Shown: positions 26,022 to 38,524, counted from the first letter of the whole stretch. The stretch: DNA of 63,009 nt, filler included, from Polymyxa betae A26-41 (GCA_003693705.1; 6 parts of 6 records of this genome joined end to end with filler, not necessarily neighbours in it); one strand, 5' to 3'. Program-made: numbers and translations. The notes: generated by a model not told the origin, from the sequence alone.

Positions 26022-26603
26022 AACTCCATAATGTTCTATGTTGTTGAGAAAGGTGGATCTTTGAAATCAATGACGAATCAAGACCAGGGCTTAGGGTGGG
26101 TTTAGGTTATTATGGAATGAAGATAATTGCAATAATTCCCAGGATTCAGATGAGACAAGTAAGATGGATGGGCCAGCTAGGTTAGGGTTTAGGGTTAGGT
26201 TCAGGCTGTCTCGTATGTACCGCAACCACCTCTGTTCGATATTATGTTTCACTTCCCAGCTTACTGAAATGTATAACCGTATGATCCAGCACGATGAAAC
26301 TTCGAAAATTTTGACGATGAAATAGTTCTTAAACTGCAGTTTTTTTATCAAAAGTTGTGGCCTTTGTCCTGAAAGCAAATAAAATAACGAAATTATTTTT
26401 CAAACCTTTATTTTGTAACCATCAACCGAGCCGAGGACATCCGTAAGTCGTTATTTGTCCGAACTCGATCTCAGTCAGGTCGAAGACAGCGATCAAATCA
26501 CAGAAACCAGAGCACCAAATTCTTTCATTTTGAAGATATTTTTTTTCAAAACACAGTTTTAATGTTTTGCAGACCATCCTGTGATAAGTAATCGTGGCTG
26601 TCT

Positions 26604-27233
26604 TCAATTGCAGTGCGATTGCAGTGAGCGGAATTTCGATGTCAAAAACGATCTGGACGCCGGACGTGAGACGGTTGCCGCCTTCATCATGGCCATGGCC
26701 TCGTTGACATTGTCGGCCGTGTAGTTGCGTCCGCAATTGATGGGCATGTCCGGATACCGTATGCTTCCACAATAGACGATCTCGGCGCCAACTAGAGCCA
26801 GTTTCGGCTCCGTGTACGCCCGAGCCATGAATTCCGGTAGAGAGGTGAAGTTCTGAAGGCCGGCTCGGAGCATGATGGCGGCCATTAATTCAATCTCCGG
26901 AGTGATACAGCTGTTCGGACATCGGTTAGTCCGGGTGGCGCCGCATTCCATCGCAGCTCGCATGCGCGTGTCGAGATCGTTCGGGCACGATGCCGTCAGA
27001 TATTGGCATTTCGTTACATTCCACGTACAATAGACCTTGACAGGGTCCTGAAACTTGTCCGTACATTCCTGAGGGGTCGTGAATCCATTGCAGAGGATTT
27101 CATAATCGAAGTCGTCGTGGGAATCGTCCGCACGCTGGGTCTGGTTTCGAGGATTCGCAGTCGATAGGAACGCAGCTTGACCGGGGACCAGTACGCCTGC
27201 GATCAGCGTCAACACGATCGCCCATCGTCCCAT
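26604..27233 (-). CDS. Small secreted cysteine-rich protein (209 aa), candidate effector
   Basis: Signal-peptide-like MGRWAIVLTLIAGVLVPGQAA, 11 Cys, intronless GC-rich ORF, no family recognised. Confidence 0.75.
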   Translation of the reverse strand: MGRWAIVLTLIAGVLVPGQAAFLSTANPRNQTQRADDSHDDFDYEILCNGFTTPQECTDKFQDPVKVYCTWNVTKCQYLTASCPNDLDTRMRAAMECGATRTNRCPNSCITPEIELMAAIMLRAGLQNFTSLPEFMARAYTEPKLALVGAEIVYCGSIRYPDMPINCGRNYTADNVNEAMAMMKAATVSRPASRSFLTSKFRSLQSHCN

Positions 27234-28137
27234 GATTGTATCTGCCAACAGCTTCCGTCTTGCTTTCGGCCGTCTCAATAGGCGAATAAACGATCCTGGC
27301 GCCTATGAGCACCTGGTGCTCTGCAGGCAGTCACGGAGTCGATCCGAACCGGAGACAGGACGACCTCATTGTTTCTGTGTTTTGAGAGATCCATTCCGTC
27401 CTGTTAGCTGTAGTCGGAAGACAGTAGATCGACGGCTAATGACGGGCAGTATCTGCTGACAGCTGCTGCCTGTCTTATCTGTCGACAGAGCCTAAAGATT
27501 TGCCCTTCACAACACGTTTTTGATGCCGATTCGGGAAATGAACGGTTCAGCTTCGAATTTCAGAATTAACTGCATTCCATATCGTCGTGATGTGATAGGT
27601 TCGAATAGCAGATTTGCCGATTACCCAGACAGATCCAAGCTGAAGGTCAGCAATTGAGAGGACGATAAATCTGATCAACAAGAATAATGGTGTCCAGCAC
27701 GCAGCAGCCACACAAGGACCAGAACCCATAGGCATCGAATCAACAGGAGATATGACGACATTGTAAACGACGCAAAGAAACAATAAAGTATCAAGTCATC
27801 AAATGCAGAAAGTATTGAAAAAAACCGATTCCGATTCTATCGTGAAAAGTACGACGAATTAAAAATTCGCAATTCCAGTGATGGGTTCATTCACTGATGA
27901 ATTCCTCACCGGTGCTAATAACAAATGCTGTTACATCTGATCACTTTGACAAGAGAAATGCTGATGGGATACGTCGAGTCGATGGTGTCGAAGGCATATT
28001 GGTATTACAGATAGGTGAGATGATGAAATGGTACGAACCAGGATGTTGGAGCACAGGTAGCTATTTAGGCAATGCCTGAGTACTATAGGCCATCATGCGC
28101 AAGGGATACAGCGCCGCCTGCAGACCACGATCGACGA

Positions 28138-28470
28138 ACTAGAATATCCAATCCAAGTGGCGCTGTTTTGATAACGCAGTCTTTGGAATACAATCTCACT
28201 TTTACAAAGGTCAGAAAAGCGAGACGTTGTGCTCATTGTTGACGGCGCACTTCTTAAAATGAACGGTTAACTGACAGCGCAGTTTTTAAATGTCGATACG
28301 ACGGTCTAGAATATCCAATCCAATCCAGGTGACGCTGTTTGATAACGCAGTCTTTGAGAAACAATCTCACTGTTAAACAAATGTCGGAAAAGCGAAAGGT
28401 TGTGCTCTTTGTTGACAGCGCATTTCTAAAATTTACGGTTAATTGATGGCGCACTTTTTAAGTTTCGATA
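28138..28470. repeat. Diverged tandem duplication (~168 bp unit)
   Basis: CTAGAATATCCAATCCA...TGATAACGCAGTCTTTG...ACAATCTCACT...GAAAAGCGA...TTGTTGAC...ACGGTTAA...TCGATAC occurs at ~28138-28300 and ~28306-28470. Confidence 0.85.
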
Positions 28471-28507
28471 CCTGAGATTGTTATGTTAAAATCGGCTGGC
28501 GCTGTCA

Positions 28508-28950
28508 TGGCTGGATCTGGGCGCGTCCTGACTCTGCTTCGGGCGACCATGGCATCCGCCGCCATTGACGCCTTTATAATCCTTTCGGAAGATCCCATCA
28601 ATCCGAATACCGAGCCGAATGCCATAAAGTCAGTGGCTTTTTTCCGAGTCTTTATCCATTCTTATTCGAATCCGTATATTTGGTTTGCGTCTTTGTTTCT
28701 CTCTTGAAAATGGTTCCAACATCTCGATATAGTTGGCTTTTTGCTGATTTTCTTTATTTGTTTAGCGCCGAGAATTCGTGACCGGATTTACAGTTTTTCT
28801 GGATCGGCAGGAACAGCTCTCATAAATGCTAAAGCCTTGCTATAGACCGATGGTCGGTATCTCGATCAAGCTGAACATGATTAACCAAAGCATGGCGCCT
28901 GATGTGGCAAGGAAATCCCGATGTTCCAAAAATTCAACAATTCCTTGGCA
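28508..28950 (+). pseudogene. Xaa-Pro aminopeptidase (aminopeptidase P, XPNPEP1-like) N-terminal fragment
   Basis: LRATMASAAIDAFIILSEDP-QSEY, FSGSAGTALI, ALL*TDGRYLDQAE, LMWQGNPDVPKIQQFL. Stops and frameshifts; no catalytic domain seen. Confidence 0.8.
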
Positions 28951-29389
28951 AAAATCGCACTAAAGAATCTGTACTTGCAGGTGTGTCTTTAAATGCTCAA
29001 AAGAATTTATTTGTTCTGTCTTGTTTCTTGAAAATTTGTGATCAAACCTCTTCAGCGACACAAATGTTTTTTATTTTTTCTAAAATTTTCTGAGTTTTCT
29101 CCGTTTTGAAAGTTTTCGCTGATTGCTTATCTGTAGTTGATCCAACGGTGACCTCATTGGGATTCTATCGTCTGCTTTTCGTAACAGAGTCGTAAGTCGA
29201 TACAGGTAAGACAGATCCGGAAGTCTGAGCTCAGGACAGCTCCCTTATTAGAATTCCAGAGAAAGTATTGTTACAGAGGCAACATGATTGACTTCGAGCC
29301 TACTAAACCACCCCTTCAACAATGCCGCTACATTCTTAAAGAAAATATTTTCATGACAAAGTCTTGATTAAGGAATGATGACATGAGGT

Positions 29390-31534
29390 TCACGGAAATA
29401 AACATTTATTACACAAATCCGATACAATATACGTAGCGGATGGATCCTCCAGCATTACGCTTCCGGCATTTGATACGAATCGCCGCCATACAAACACCAG
29501 CGTCTGCGCAACCCGCCCGATGAACTCATGGGCGTACGCGGCACATGTTCGGAGCTCTGCTCCGGAGACAAACGATGCCACCAGTGATAGTACGACCAGA
29601 CAGCACATCTTCATCAGGACCAGTACGGCCAGGAAAACGGATTTGAACAGATCCATATGGCGGAAAACTGCGCTCGGAGCAGCATCAACCAGATCTGAGA
29701 GTCCGCGTCCCAATAGCAACACAGTCTTGCGTGGCCGCACGACAGCGTCGCTTGGGGTAGTACGACACATGAGGAACATTACCACGAATAGCATCATAGA
29801 CAGTCCGAGCTCGGCATATTCGTTTGGGGCAGTACGACACATCACGAACATGGCCAACAATAGCATCGTGAACAGTCCGAACTCGAACAGGCGAAGATCG
29901 ACAGTGAGGCGGAGCCCGCGACGGACTTGACTGAAGGCCGGAACCAATCCCAGAACGATTGCTTGACGCACTCGGACCGCCATAACGGATATCAAAGACA
30001 GCAGATACGCAGCAGCTACATCATAGTCCGTATACGGGGCCTCCATCAGAGCCGAGACTATAACGTCCAGGACGCACTGGCCCGCACGGATCATAAAGCG
30101 ACGACCCGGGACGGCGACGCGATTGTGGATGTCCGTGGAATTCCACTGCAAAAGCCGTGTAGATTGGATCGTCTGCTGCAGTCGGCTCAGGGACAGTACG
30201 ACCGGGCTCAGGAGGCGATGTGCGCCGAAGACGGTGCGGAACAGGCCACGGCTGCTTTCGCAAACCATGCCGGGAGTGTCGTCCTGGACGTAGGCGAGAC
30301 CGGCTTCGCCGAGTAACGTAACCAGGTGCCAGAAACGCTGCAGCCGCCGGGCGAACGACTGCCACCCAGTACGGATACGATTCGGTAACGTGAAGGTGAG
30401 AAAATGCCAAATCTTTAACAGTATGCGTCGAGTCAGACTGAGCCAGATTCGGATCCCGAGATTTTCAATAAACTTATTGGCCAGGCGTCGCAGTGCTGGG
30501 CCAACAGGACCGAACGTCATGAATCTTTGCCTTGCCATGATGCGATGCGTGAGATTACGAATAGAGGTGGCAATAAGGGTTAGGGTTCTGGTAACAGCTT
30601 GGGAGGGAGTCTTATATATACAGGGCGTGGTGGAGGTGAACAAGGGCGATAACGTTTCGGTAACGTAATTCCTCGCCCGGGTAACGGAAAGCAGAATCCC
30701 TTGTTGAAGGCGGCGAATCGGATTAACATCAACAGGTAACGTTTTCGGTGACTCAAACAACGTTACAGGTGCAGAAACGTTTGATGAGATGTCGATGATT
30801 TCAGATATCGGAGTTTTGGAGATCGAATTTTCATGGCTCTGTAACGTTACATGTAAAGTTGAAGAATCGTGGACGTCTGGTTGCGATGCGGAGAAGGGCT
30901 GCGGAGTGCGACAATGAGTGTTTTTATCCGTGGATTTATGTACCCACGGGAACAGGCTTCGGAAGAACTCCGGGAAACGACGTATTGGACGAAACCGGAC
31001 TCCGCGATGTCCGAGATCGACCGTATCGAAGAGATAGAGATCGCCGTCGGACCAATCGGCGATGTCCGCGCATTCCCGTGCAGTCCGAATCACAACAGTC
31101 GTTCCACAGTGTAACGTCGAATCGATCGTATCGTTGCTAATTACGATACGCAGCGGAGCATTACACGAGCTGGTTGAATGTCCCCCGTCGTACTGGAACT
31201 CTGCGTCCAGAATATGTTGCCGGACCTGTTTGACGATCTGATCCGGGGCGCACGCGTCCAGACCGCCGTTAACGTAAACTGCGGTGTCCGTCGGCAGTAA
31301 CGTGGACAGCGCCTGTAACACCCGCTGCAAATCCAGACTGGGCACCTGTAACGGGGACACGTCAACGATCCACCTGTAATGTCACGCCAGTCCACAGACC
31401 GAAACGAAATCGGCAGTGAGGTCGACGTGGCGGTCTTGCTGGCCCAGCGATCTGTGCAGAAGCGCAGACAGGCCGTGGGCTGCGACGATGCTGGTCGAGC
31501 ATAGGGCCAGGACGAGCGCCACGCCGAACGGCAT
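29390..31534 (-). CDS. Orphan ~690-aa protein with signal peptide and several C-terminal hydrophobic segments
   Basis: Exon 1 MPFGVALVLALCSTSIVAAHG...DFVS joins in frame through a ~52-nt GT-AG intron to the 656-aa ORF (VPSLDLQ...). Internal ~22-aa repeat E(F/L)GL..M(L)L...MF(V/L)MCRT.P. Confidence 0.7.
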
Positions 31535-33463
31535 CTGCGATCGACGACGTCGCCGATGACCAACAAACCTGAAAGGAAACCCTAGACTGGCGCAGAGTAG
31601 AGAAAGTCCGCAGAGCGGCCTCTGGCAGCGACCGACCTCTGTGATAATGTCGCCCGACGTCGTCGATGACGAAACCCTATCTAGACGGGACTTCGACACT
31701 TAGTCAGAATACAGTGCGGTGCGGCCTCGGGTACCACGTTCCTGCCATGAACATAATCAGAGACATTTGGGGGGTTGCGCTGAGGGCTGCATCTCTATGT
31801 CCCATTGATTGCAATCGATCAAGATACTTCTATATAGAGATTTTTACACCAAACGGCTTGCGTCAATAAGCGCAAATGTTGGCAGAATTCAGATCTAACC
31901 TTTAACTATACAACTACAGCATGCAAGTCGACAACTTTTCAAAGGATGTTTTACATCAATCGAAATTTCTGTTCGAGTTCAATCTCATATTGCGATACAT
32001 TATCGTTGGATCTTCTATAATTATCATCGCTGTGTTATGGTGGAGATTCCCATCTAGCTTAATTTGTGAAGCAATTCACAGTTGATGAATGGAGTATAGG
32101 TTCAATTCCTTTGATGTGAGGAAATAACGGCTGCGTATTTGAAGTCGGTAGACTGTCCATAATCTAATTCAATATTTTCACTAGCTCAAATCCTATTTCA
32201 TTCAATGGATTGAAGATTGACTAAAAAAGTTCCTTTCGTCTTGCGATTAGGACTGCATTTTCAGAGCGAGATCGTGAGTTTAATTTTCACAAGGTGTTTG
32301 GGCAGCATGAGCATAGTATCGAATTATATGTCCAAAATAGAATTTGAAAGCATGTAATAGTTCATGGTAAATATTTGTTTTTGTCTTATCGATCTCGATC
32401 TCCGCTTAGAAGCATTATCTGAAATTGAAATGCCAAAAGCCCAACATGATCTCATGGCTCATTGTAAGGAGGCAGTCGTTAAGGCTAAACAGTACTGTAT
32501 TGGAATTTGCGGATGACGTTAAAATCTTTTTAACTGATGGGGATTGTGAAACCCTAACCCAAGGGTTACCAGTGGTCCGACCATTGTGATCCAAAGGAGA
32601 CGAGGTCGTGAGTATTAAACGTCAAACGATACCATGGTAGTTTTCTCCCGTCAGCGAGCAAACATTCGAAGCGCTTGCTCGGAAGAGCAATGCTCGCAAT
32701 GCTTCCAGCATAATGTGAAAGCAACTGACCGCCGGCGAGCTCGAAGTGTCCATTCAATGATAGTTGTGATCAATAACAGGATTCGATGATGCGGAGTGAC
32801 AAATTTAAAGATGGTCTGGCCAGGATATAGAAGCAGAATCAGAACAAATGACAATCTGATAGCCATAAGTTTACAAACGTCGGATGTACAGGTTGCGCAT
32901 CCGTCGGCGAACAGAAAATTATGGGGTTATGGTGTCTTATTGATGAGGACCATAAAGTATTAGAAATCTCGTGTGCTCCAAAATATGTGGCTCTGGCAGA
33001 TATCGTCGCCCTCATTTCGGCAGGTCCCCATGCCGCCTTAATCAGGGCTGCGCGGGGTTGCGGCCTCCACCAGCCTTTATATGACATATATTGAATGGCC
33101 AAGTTATTCGATTGAGCTCCGTGCCAGGGTGACTTTCATTCAATGTGCCCAAGACCTACTTATGGCCGGGCAGGCTACTCATTATGAGTTCTACAAGCAT
33201 GAAGGTCTCGATCTTCCTACAGGTGACGTCTTGAATTTGAAGACTCCTCACGGACATTCGAGACGCCGGAGCGGCAGCTGATGTCAGATATCCGCATTAA
33301 ACTGCTTGTTAGATCAATATTCTGTCCAAATCAACTTGAAATCTTAACCAGATTGCTCCCATGTCTTAAGATTAATCTTGAGCATCAATCAGAACATCGG
33401 AAAGCCCGGAACTCCCACGGACCTGACAATGTCTTCAGAATTTCTATCGTTGCTGTCGTCATC

Positions 33464-33967
33464 ATGATCACATCTCTCCTATTATGCCTGATGACTTTAT
33501 CCGCCATTGATGCATCTCCGAACTATTCCGTCCGCCCAGCCCGGGGCCAGTACGGGGTGTCCGACCCGCCCCTGTACAGCCTGCAACAGATGGACGTGGC
33601 GTCCAGCAACAAGAAAAGGCCGCAACCTGAGGAGGAGCACGACCCGGATCTGGCCTGGTTTCAATCCGTGCTGGACCGCGTCCCACGGGCCACTCCGGAT
33701 CAGATTCAGAACCTGTTTGACGCAATGCCACCTGCCGATCCGAATCTGGTGTCGGCGTTTACTACGATAACGAACGAGTGGCTGGAGAGGCCCCTCCCGG
33801 ACCATCGAGTGACATACAATGGCGCCGTACTGGACCAGCGTTCAGACAACTTCGTCGGTCGATCCGAAGACGATATTGGATTGATGCGGGTATCGTCAGC
33901 AGCCATGTCAATCTCCCGACTAATGTTGCCAGATTTGAGTCCGTACTGGACCCGATGCCTAACGTAA
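33464..33967 (+). CDS. Putative secreted protein, candidate effector (3' end uncertain)
   Basis: Signal-peptide-like MITSLLLCLMTLSAIDA|SP, GC-rich coding-like sequence, basic KKRP motif. Confidence 0.55.
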   Translation: MITSLLLCLMTLSAIDASPNYSVRPARGQYGVSDPPLYSLQQMDVASSNKKRPQPEEEHDPDLAWFQSVLDRVPRATPDQIQNLFDAMPPADPNLVSAFTTITNEWLERPLPDHRVTYNGAVLDQRSDNFVGRSEDDIGLMRVSSAAMSISRLMLPDLSPYWTRCLT

Positions 33968-34847
33968 TCCCCGACAAGATGCCGATAGTTCAGAATGAAA
34001 CAGCGTCATCGAAGAGTCGCACGTTCCAATCTAAATTTTTCACAGTTTAACACTCAGTNNNNNNNNNNNNNNNNNNNNNNNNNNNNNNNNNNNNNNNNNN
34101 NNTTAATTAATTAANNNNNNNNNNNNNNNNNNNNNNNNNNNNNNNNNNNNNNNNNNNNTCCTAATCGCTGCTGTCCATTTGGTCCCTGATCGTCGTTCTC
34201 CTTCTGCCTACCGACCCAGACATGGTTCGTCTCAGGTCAACATCTGCCATCATGGATCAGGATTGTATTACTCCACCATGAATGATGAAAGTACATCTTG
34301 GTATTACCCCGAATACATGCACCCAGTTTAATACCTCCATTATAGGTCTTGATCTAGACGAAGAGCAGATCAATTTTTGGAGCATGTTATTCGGGGGAAG
34401 GGTTTCTCCATTTGATCTTTGAGAAGGAGAATGTCATGCGTGCTCAATCGTGTGATTCGTGTCAGGTTTTGTTGGCGAGTACAAAGTCGCTTCGCTCCAA
34501 TACCAAAACAGCAATTGCTACAAGAGGCATTCATGTGTATGAATTCGTCAGTTATTGATGTAGTGATATAACAAAGAAAAGACATAAAGTTAGGTTTCAA
34601 GAACATAGAGGACCTGAGGGCATCAAAATTTGTTCTCTTGCACCTCAGGCTAAACTACATCAACTGCTTCTGGATATTGAAGAAGAAATATCCAAAAGCG
34701 AACATGACCAAACTAACACTGAATCCATCAATAAAAACCCGAAATATCAGCTTCCTAATGGTACGCAACATTTTACGCATTGGTCGTTTTATTGATCATT
34801 GGTCGATTTATTGGCCGATTTAAGGACTGCGGAGGTACCGTTACTTA

Positions 34848-35872
34848 GAGCATCCCCACCGGTTAGATAAATTTCTATCGCTATTTTCTGTGACTGCCAT
34901 TTCTTAACTTCACAGTTACCAATAGTTGCCTACCGGGTTTGCAGTTATGGTATAGTTATCCTTCTGAGCTGCAACAAATCTGGTTTATATAAACAACAGC
35001 ACTTTTATTTGCAATGTTGTCAGAATCTGTTGACGATATGATGGCTATCACGCTTCGTGACAACATGCTTGAAGACGACATTGATTACCTGCTGTTATAA
35101 TCGGATTCGGAGTCTGACGACGATGAATTGACAGTATTTGGAGGGTCACGGCCTGGTAGAAGCCCCAATCTAGACAGAGATGGTGGTTCTGCCTGACGAC
35201 TGCTCGATCAACACTTTGCAAAGAATTGTTTATATACGCCCTATGGCAACACAGTTTCGCAGACGTTTTCGAATGCGTCGAGAAGTCTTTTATCGCATTG
35301 AAACAGATCTTATCGCGTTCAACGATGAATTCTGGCAATCATGGGAAAGAGATTGTACTGGCCGTGTTGGACATTCGACCTTACAGATGACTGCTGCTTT
35401 GCTTATGGAATATGCGCGGATGGTCTTGATGAAAGGAAAGTTCTATTTTCAAATGTTTATATCAGTTTGTAGATGAGGTCGTTGCTTTATACGGAGCTGA
35501 ATATTTAAGATCACCCAATGCAGACGATATGAAAAGGATACTTGAATTTGATGAATCAAGAGACTGGCCAGGAATGATAGGATCCGTAGATTGCTATGCA
35601 TGGATTTGGAATAACTGTCCTGAAACTTGGCAAGGCCAGTATCATGGTCATAAGGGGACATCGTCATTCTGGAAGCTGCAGTGTCCTACGACTTGTGGTT
35701 CTGGCACTGTTTTTTTGGTACAGAAAGGCACTCCGAAAATTAATAGCATATCTTAATTTATTGTGTTAGGGTTCCTGGATCGTTTAAACGATATCAGCGT
35801 GCAGCAGAGATCCAGCATTCTGGATTCGCTCATAGACGGAAGCATGCCTCAGAAAGAATATACAGCTAATGG
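34848..35872 (+). mobile_element. PIF/Harbinger element, Plant_tran-type transposase pseudogene with left TIR
   Basis: TTA|GAGCATCCCCACC terminus. FRRRFRMRREVF, RDCTGRVG, WPGMIGSVDC.AWIWNNCPETWQGQY, LEAAVSYDLWFWHCFFG, PGSLNDI. Cut by an LTR at 35873. Confidence 0.85.
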
Positions 35873-36140
35873 TGTCAAGAACCGAGCGACCAACAGATAA
35901 GGTTAAACGGGAGCGAAAGGACGGGGACTAAACTGGAGTAGGCTTGGGACAGGATCAAGGGAAAACCACGAGCTCAATAGGCAGGATTCGGTTCAAGCGT
36001 GTGTTGAACGAACTGAAGATCAGTTCGTTCTTCCAGGGGCTTTCTTTATTAGCAGATTCCTGTCACACTCTGGGTAGATAAACTATCGGGGCTTGCTCCG
36101 CTTCCTCCTTCGGGTCACCGATTATGACATTATCCCCCTA
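35873..36140 (-). mobile_element. 3' LTR (35873-36129) and PPT of a minus-strand LTR retrotransposon
   Basis: Minus strand reads PPT AGGGGGATAA then TGTCATAAT...TTCTTGACA. A second LTR-like end TGTCAAGAAC begins at 36306. Confidence 0.7.
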
Positions 36141-36749
36141 TTTGGGCCCTGTCCCCGGCTTGGCTGGATTTTGAGAGTGGAATATGCCGATTGCTGCTTT
36201 TGATGCTTCTGTTGCGGAACCGACGAACTGTGATGCTGCTTCCCAAGTGCGGTCGTCAGCATTATATCCTTTCCAATGAAATTAAGTATTGTAGCTGGCT
36301 CCGGTTGTCAAGAACGAACCATCAAATGAGACAGTAAGAATTTGGATATCGAACGAGACACGGGCTGAAGCATGAAAGAACACGAGACAAAGACGAAATA
36401 CAGAAGGATAAGATTGCAATGATGAATGCAGAATGATTATATTAGTTAGCGGCTTAACGCACTTGGCAAGGAGTGTAGTGACGAAGCAGAGTGCTGCCGT
36501 TGACGGCCAAGGGAGCTAGGCAAAACCAAGGAACTTCAGCAAACTGCGAAGGAACTGCCAGTGCGCAGCTACTGCCAAATTCTGAGAAAATAAACTGCAA
36601 AGCTAGAAAGTGCATAATTTTACTGAAATGAGAATACATGAACAGGCCGCTAAGAAAGCAATGATATTACTCATCCCAAGTGCTCATCTCGCGGAATCAG
36701 GCTACCTGACGGAATCCGAGGTGGTCAAGAGAACTCTTGTTAGTCAACA

Positions 36750-37992
36750 ATGAGCTCGAGCTCTGGCGGTGCCCAAGAGTCGGGCGCCGGAAATCGAAAT
36801 TTTCCTAAGGAGAAAACCAGTGATGAACTCTACATGTCTTTAGAAACTCTCGACGATGAAGCGGCAGTGGACGGAAAGATGCTGAAAAAGTTGATCGACA
36901 TGACGCGCATGGATCAGGATGAGCGATTGCAGGCAGCGCAAGCCCGTATTGCGGAGCTCGAAGGAAAAATTAAGCAAGCTGGAGGTGCATAAATTGTTTC
37001 AGAATTCCTGCCGATTTCGGAAGAAATTCGAAAGATTCTGGAAGCCCGCTATGTGGACTACGGAAGCATCGTGGGCTGCCTCGAAAACGACCCTGACGAA
37101 ATTAAACACCTGGTGGTCCAAGGGAATGAATCAAAAGTGATGAACCAGACTTCGTCCAAGAGAGAGATCAACAACTTTTATACGTGGGCAGAGATTCATC
37201 AGATTGTCACTAATGTCTTGGTGCAGTCAGGTGCAATTCGTCCGATTATTCGGGCGATGATTCACCATGGAGCAGTAATTGTGCAGCGTGCCCGTCTGTA
37301 CCGTAAGAAATGGCAAGCAGTATATCGATACGACATTCGAATCCGACGACTGGTTGACGAGAGGGCGGACTACACAGCCTTGGAATGGCACAACCGAGTG
37401 AAGAGATGCGTTTACAATGCGCATGTATGCACGATACCGAGCAGATTGACAATACTCCCGCCAAAAAGACTTTTCAAGACACGAAAGATGCCAAAGGTAA
37501 CATCCGTTGCCGTGAATTTCTTCCTAACCAGAAATGCAAGTTTGGAAGTGATTGCAATATGAGTCATAAACCAGTTGCGAATTCACAGTATTCCATCGCG
37601 TCTATTGAAACTATATCAGACCTGCACGTTAACAGCCACGATAGCGTTGAAGAACCCGCATACCTGAATCACAATATGACAGGCCATTCGAAGTCTTGGA
37701 GTTCAGGAGCTTGTCTGTGCGGACAGCGCTTCTTCGGAAAGCCGATGAAGTTATTCCCTGGCTGAAGTTTGATAGCTGGCGTACAGCACTGAGCAGACAT
37801 CCTGATCGGCGGACCGTTGATAGGTTCCTCTATGAGATTCAGTATGGTACCAATATAAGATATGAGGGGCCGACTGACAGATCTAGGGTTCCGATCGATA
37901 CCGGTTCAACCCGACCCGACTACCGACACTACCGGCCTATGAATAGTGAGTGCTGGAAAATCTGCGTGGCGGACTTTGAAATCCTTTTGTAG
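36750..37992 (+). mobile_element. DIRS/Ngaro-like tyrosine-recombinase retrotransposon fragment (gag-like ORF plus start of RT ORF)
   Basis: INNFYTWAE...WQAVYRYDIRIR followed by CCCH finger CREFLPNQKCKFGSDCNMSH. Overlapping ORF WRTALSRHPDRRTVDRFLYEIQYGTNIRYEGP fits the LxxHPD...GFxIGYxGP RT-upstream motif. RT core and YR are absent. Confidence 0.7.
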
Positions 37993-38524
37993 TCTTGTTT
38001 CATACACGGAAGCGAAGGGCAGACGCTCCACTGTGCCCCGTAAATGCACCTTTCCTTTGCACCAATCTAATGATTGAAGTTTTCAATCCTGTCGTGAATG
38101 ATTACGAGCCCAAGTGAGAGCTTCGGCAGTAGCCTTGTGTCCAACGTATTATCACCTGATTCAGCATCTGGAACTGAGATTGACCCCCAATAATGCTGAA
38201 TGTATCAGATTTATTAAAAATTACATAAAACTTCTGATTTTCCCAAAAAATAGCGTACGCAGTTTGATGGAACTACGTCCGCAATAAGACTCGAAGACTG
38301 ACGCATAAATCTGATGCGTACTAAAGATGCGAACATTTATGGAGTATGAAGACCTACTCTAATAATAATGGGCTCGACTCCCAGAGGTCCGTACGGACAC
38401 CGTACGGACTGAGCTGAATGAAGCNNNNNNNNNNNNNNNNNNNNNNNNNNNNNNNNNNNNNNNNNNNNTTAATTAATTAANNNNNNNNNNNNNNNNNNNN
38501 NNNNNNNNNNNNNNNNNNNNNNNN

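Noticed and set aside
26088-26205. Telomere-like TTAGGG/TTTAGGG words (also ~3025, ~32550, ~54430)
   Set aside because: Only two or three degenerate units each; too short to call interstitial telomere arrays.
29520-31140. Plus-strand ORFs overlapping the 656-aa ORF
   Set aside because: Expected antisense shadows of a GC-rich coding region.
32860-33280. Possible Crinkler-like N-terminus (LWCLIDED...)
   Set aside because: No LFLAK or HVLV motif, and the frames are broken.
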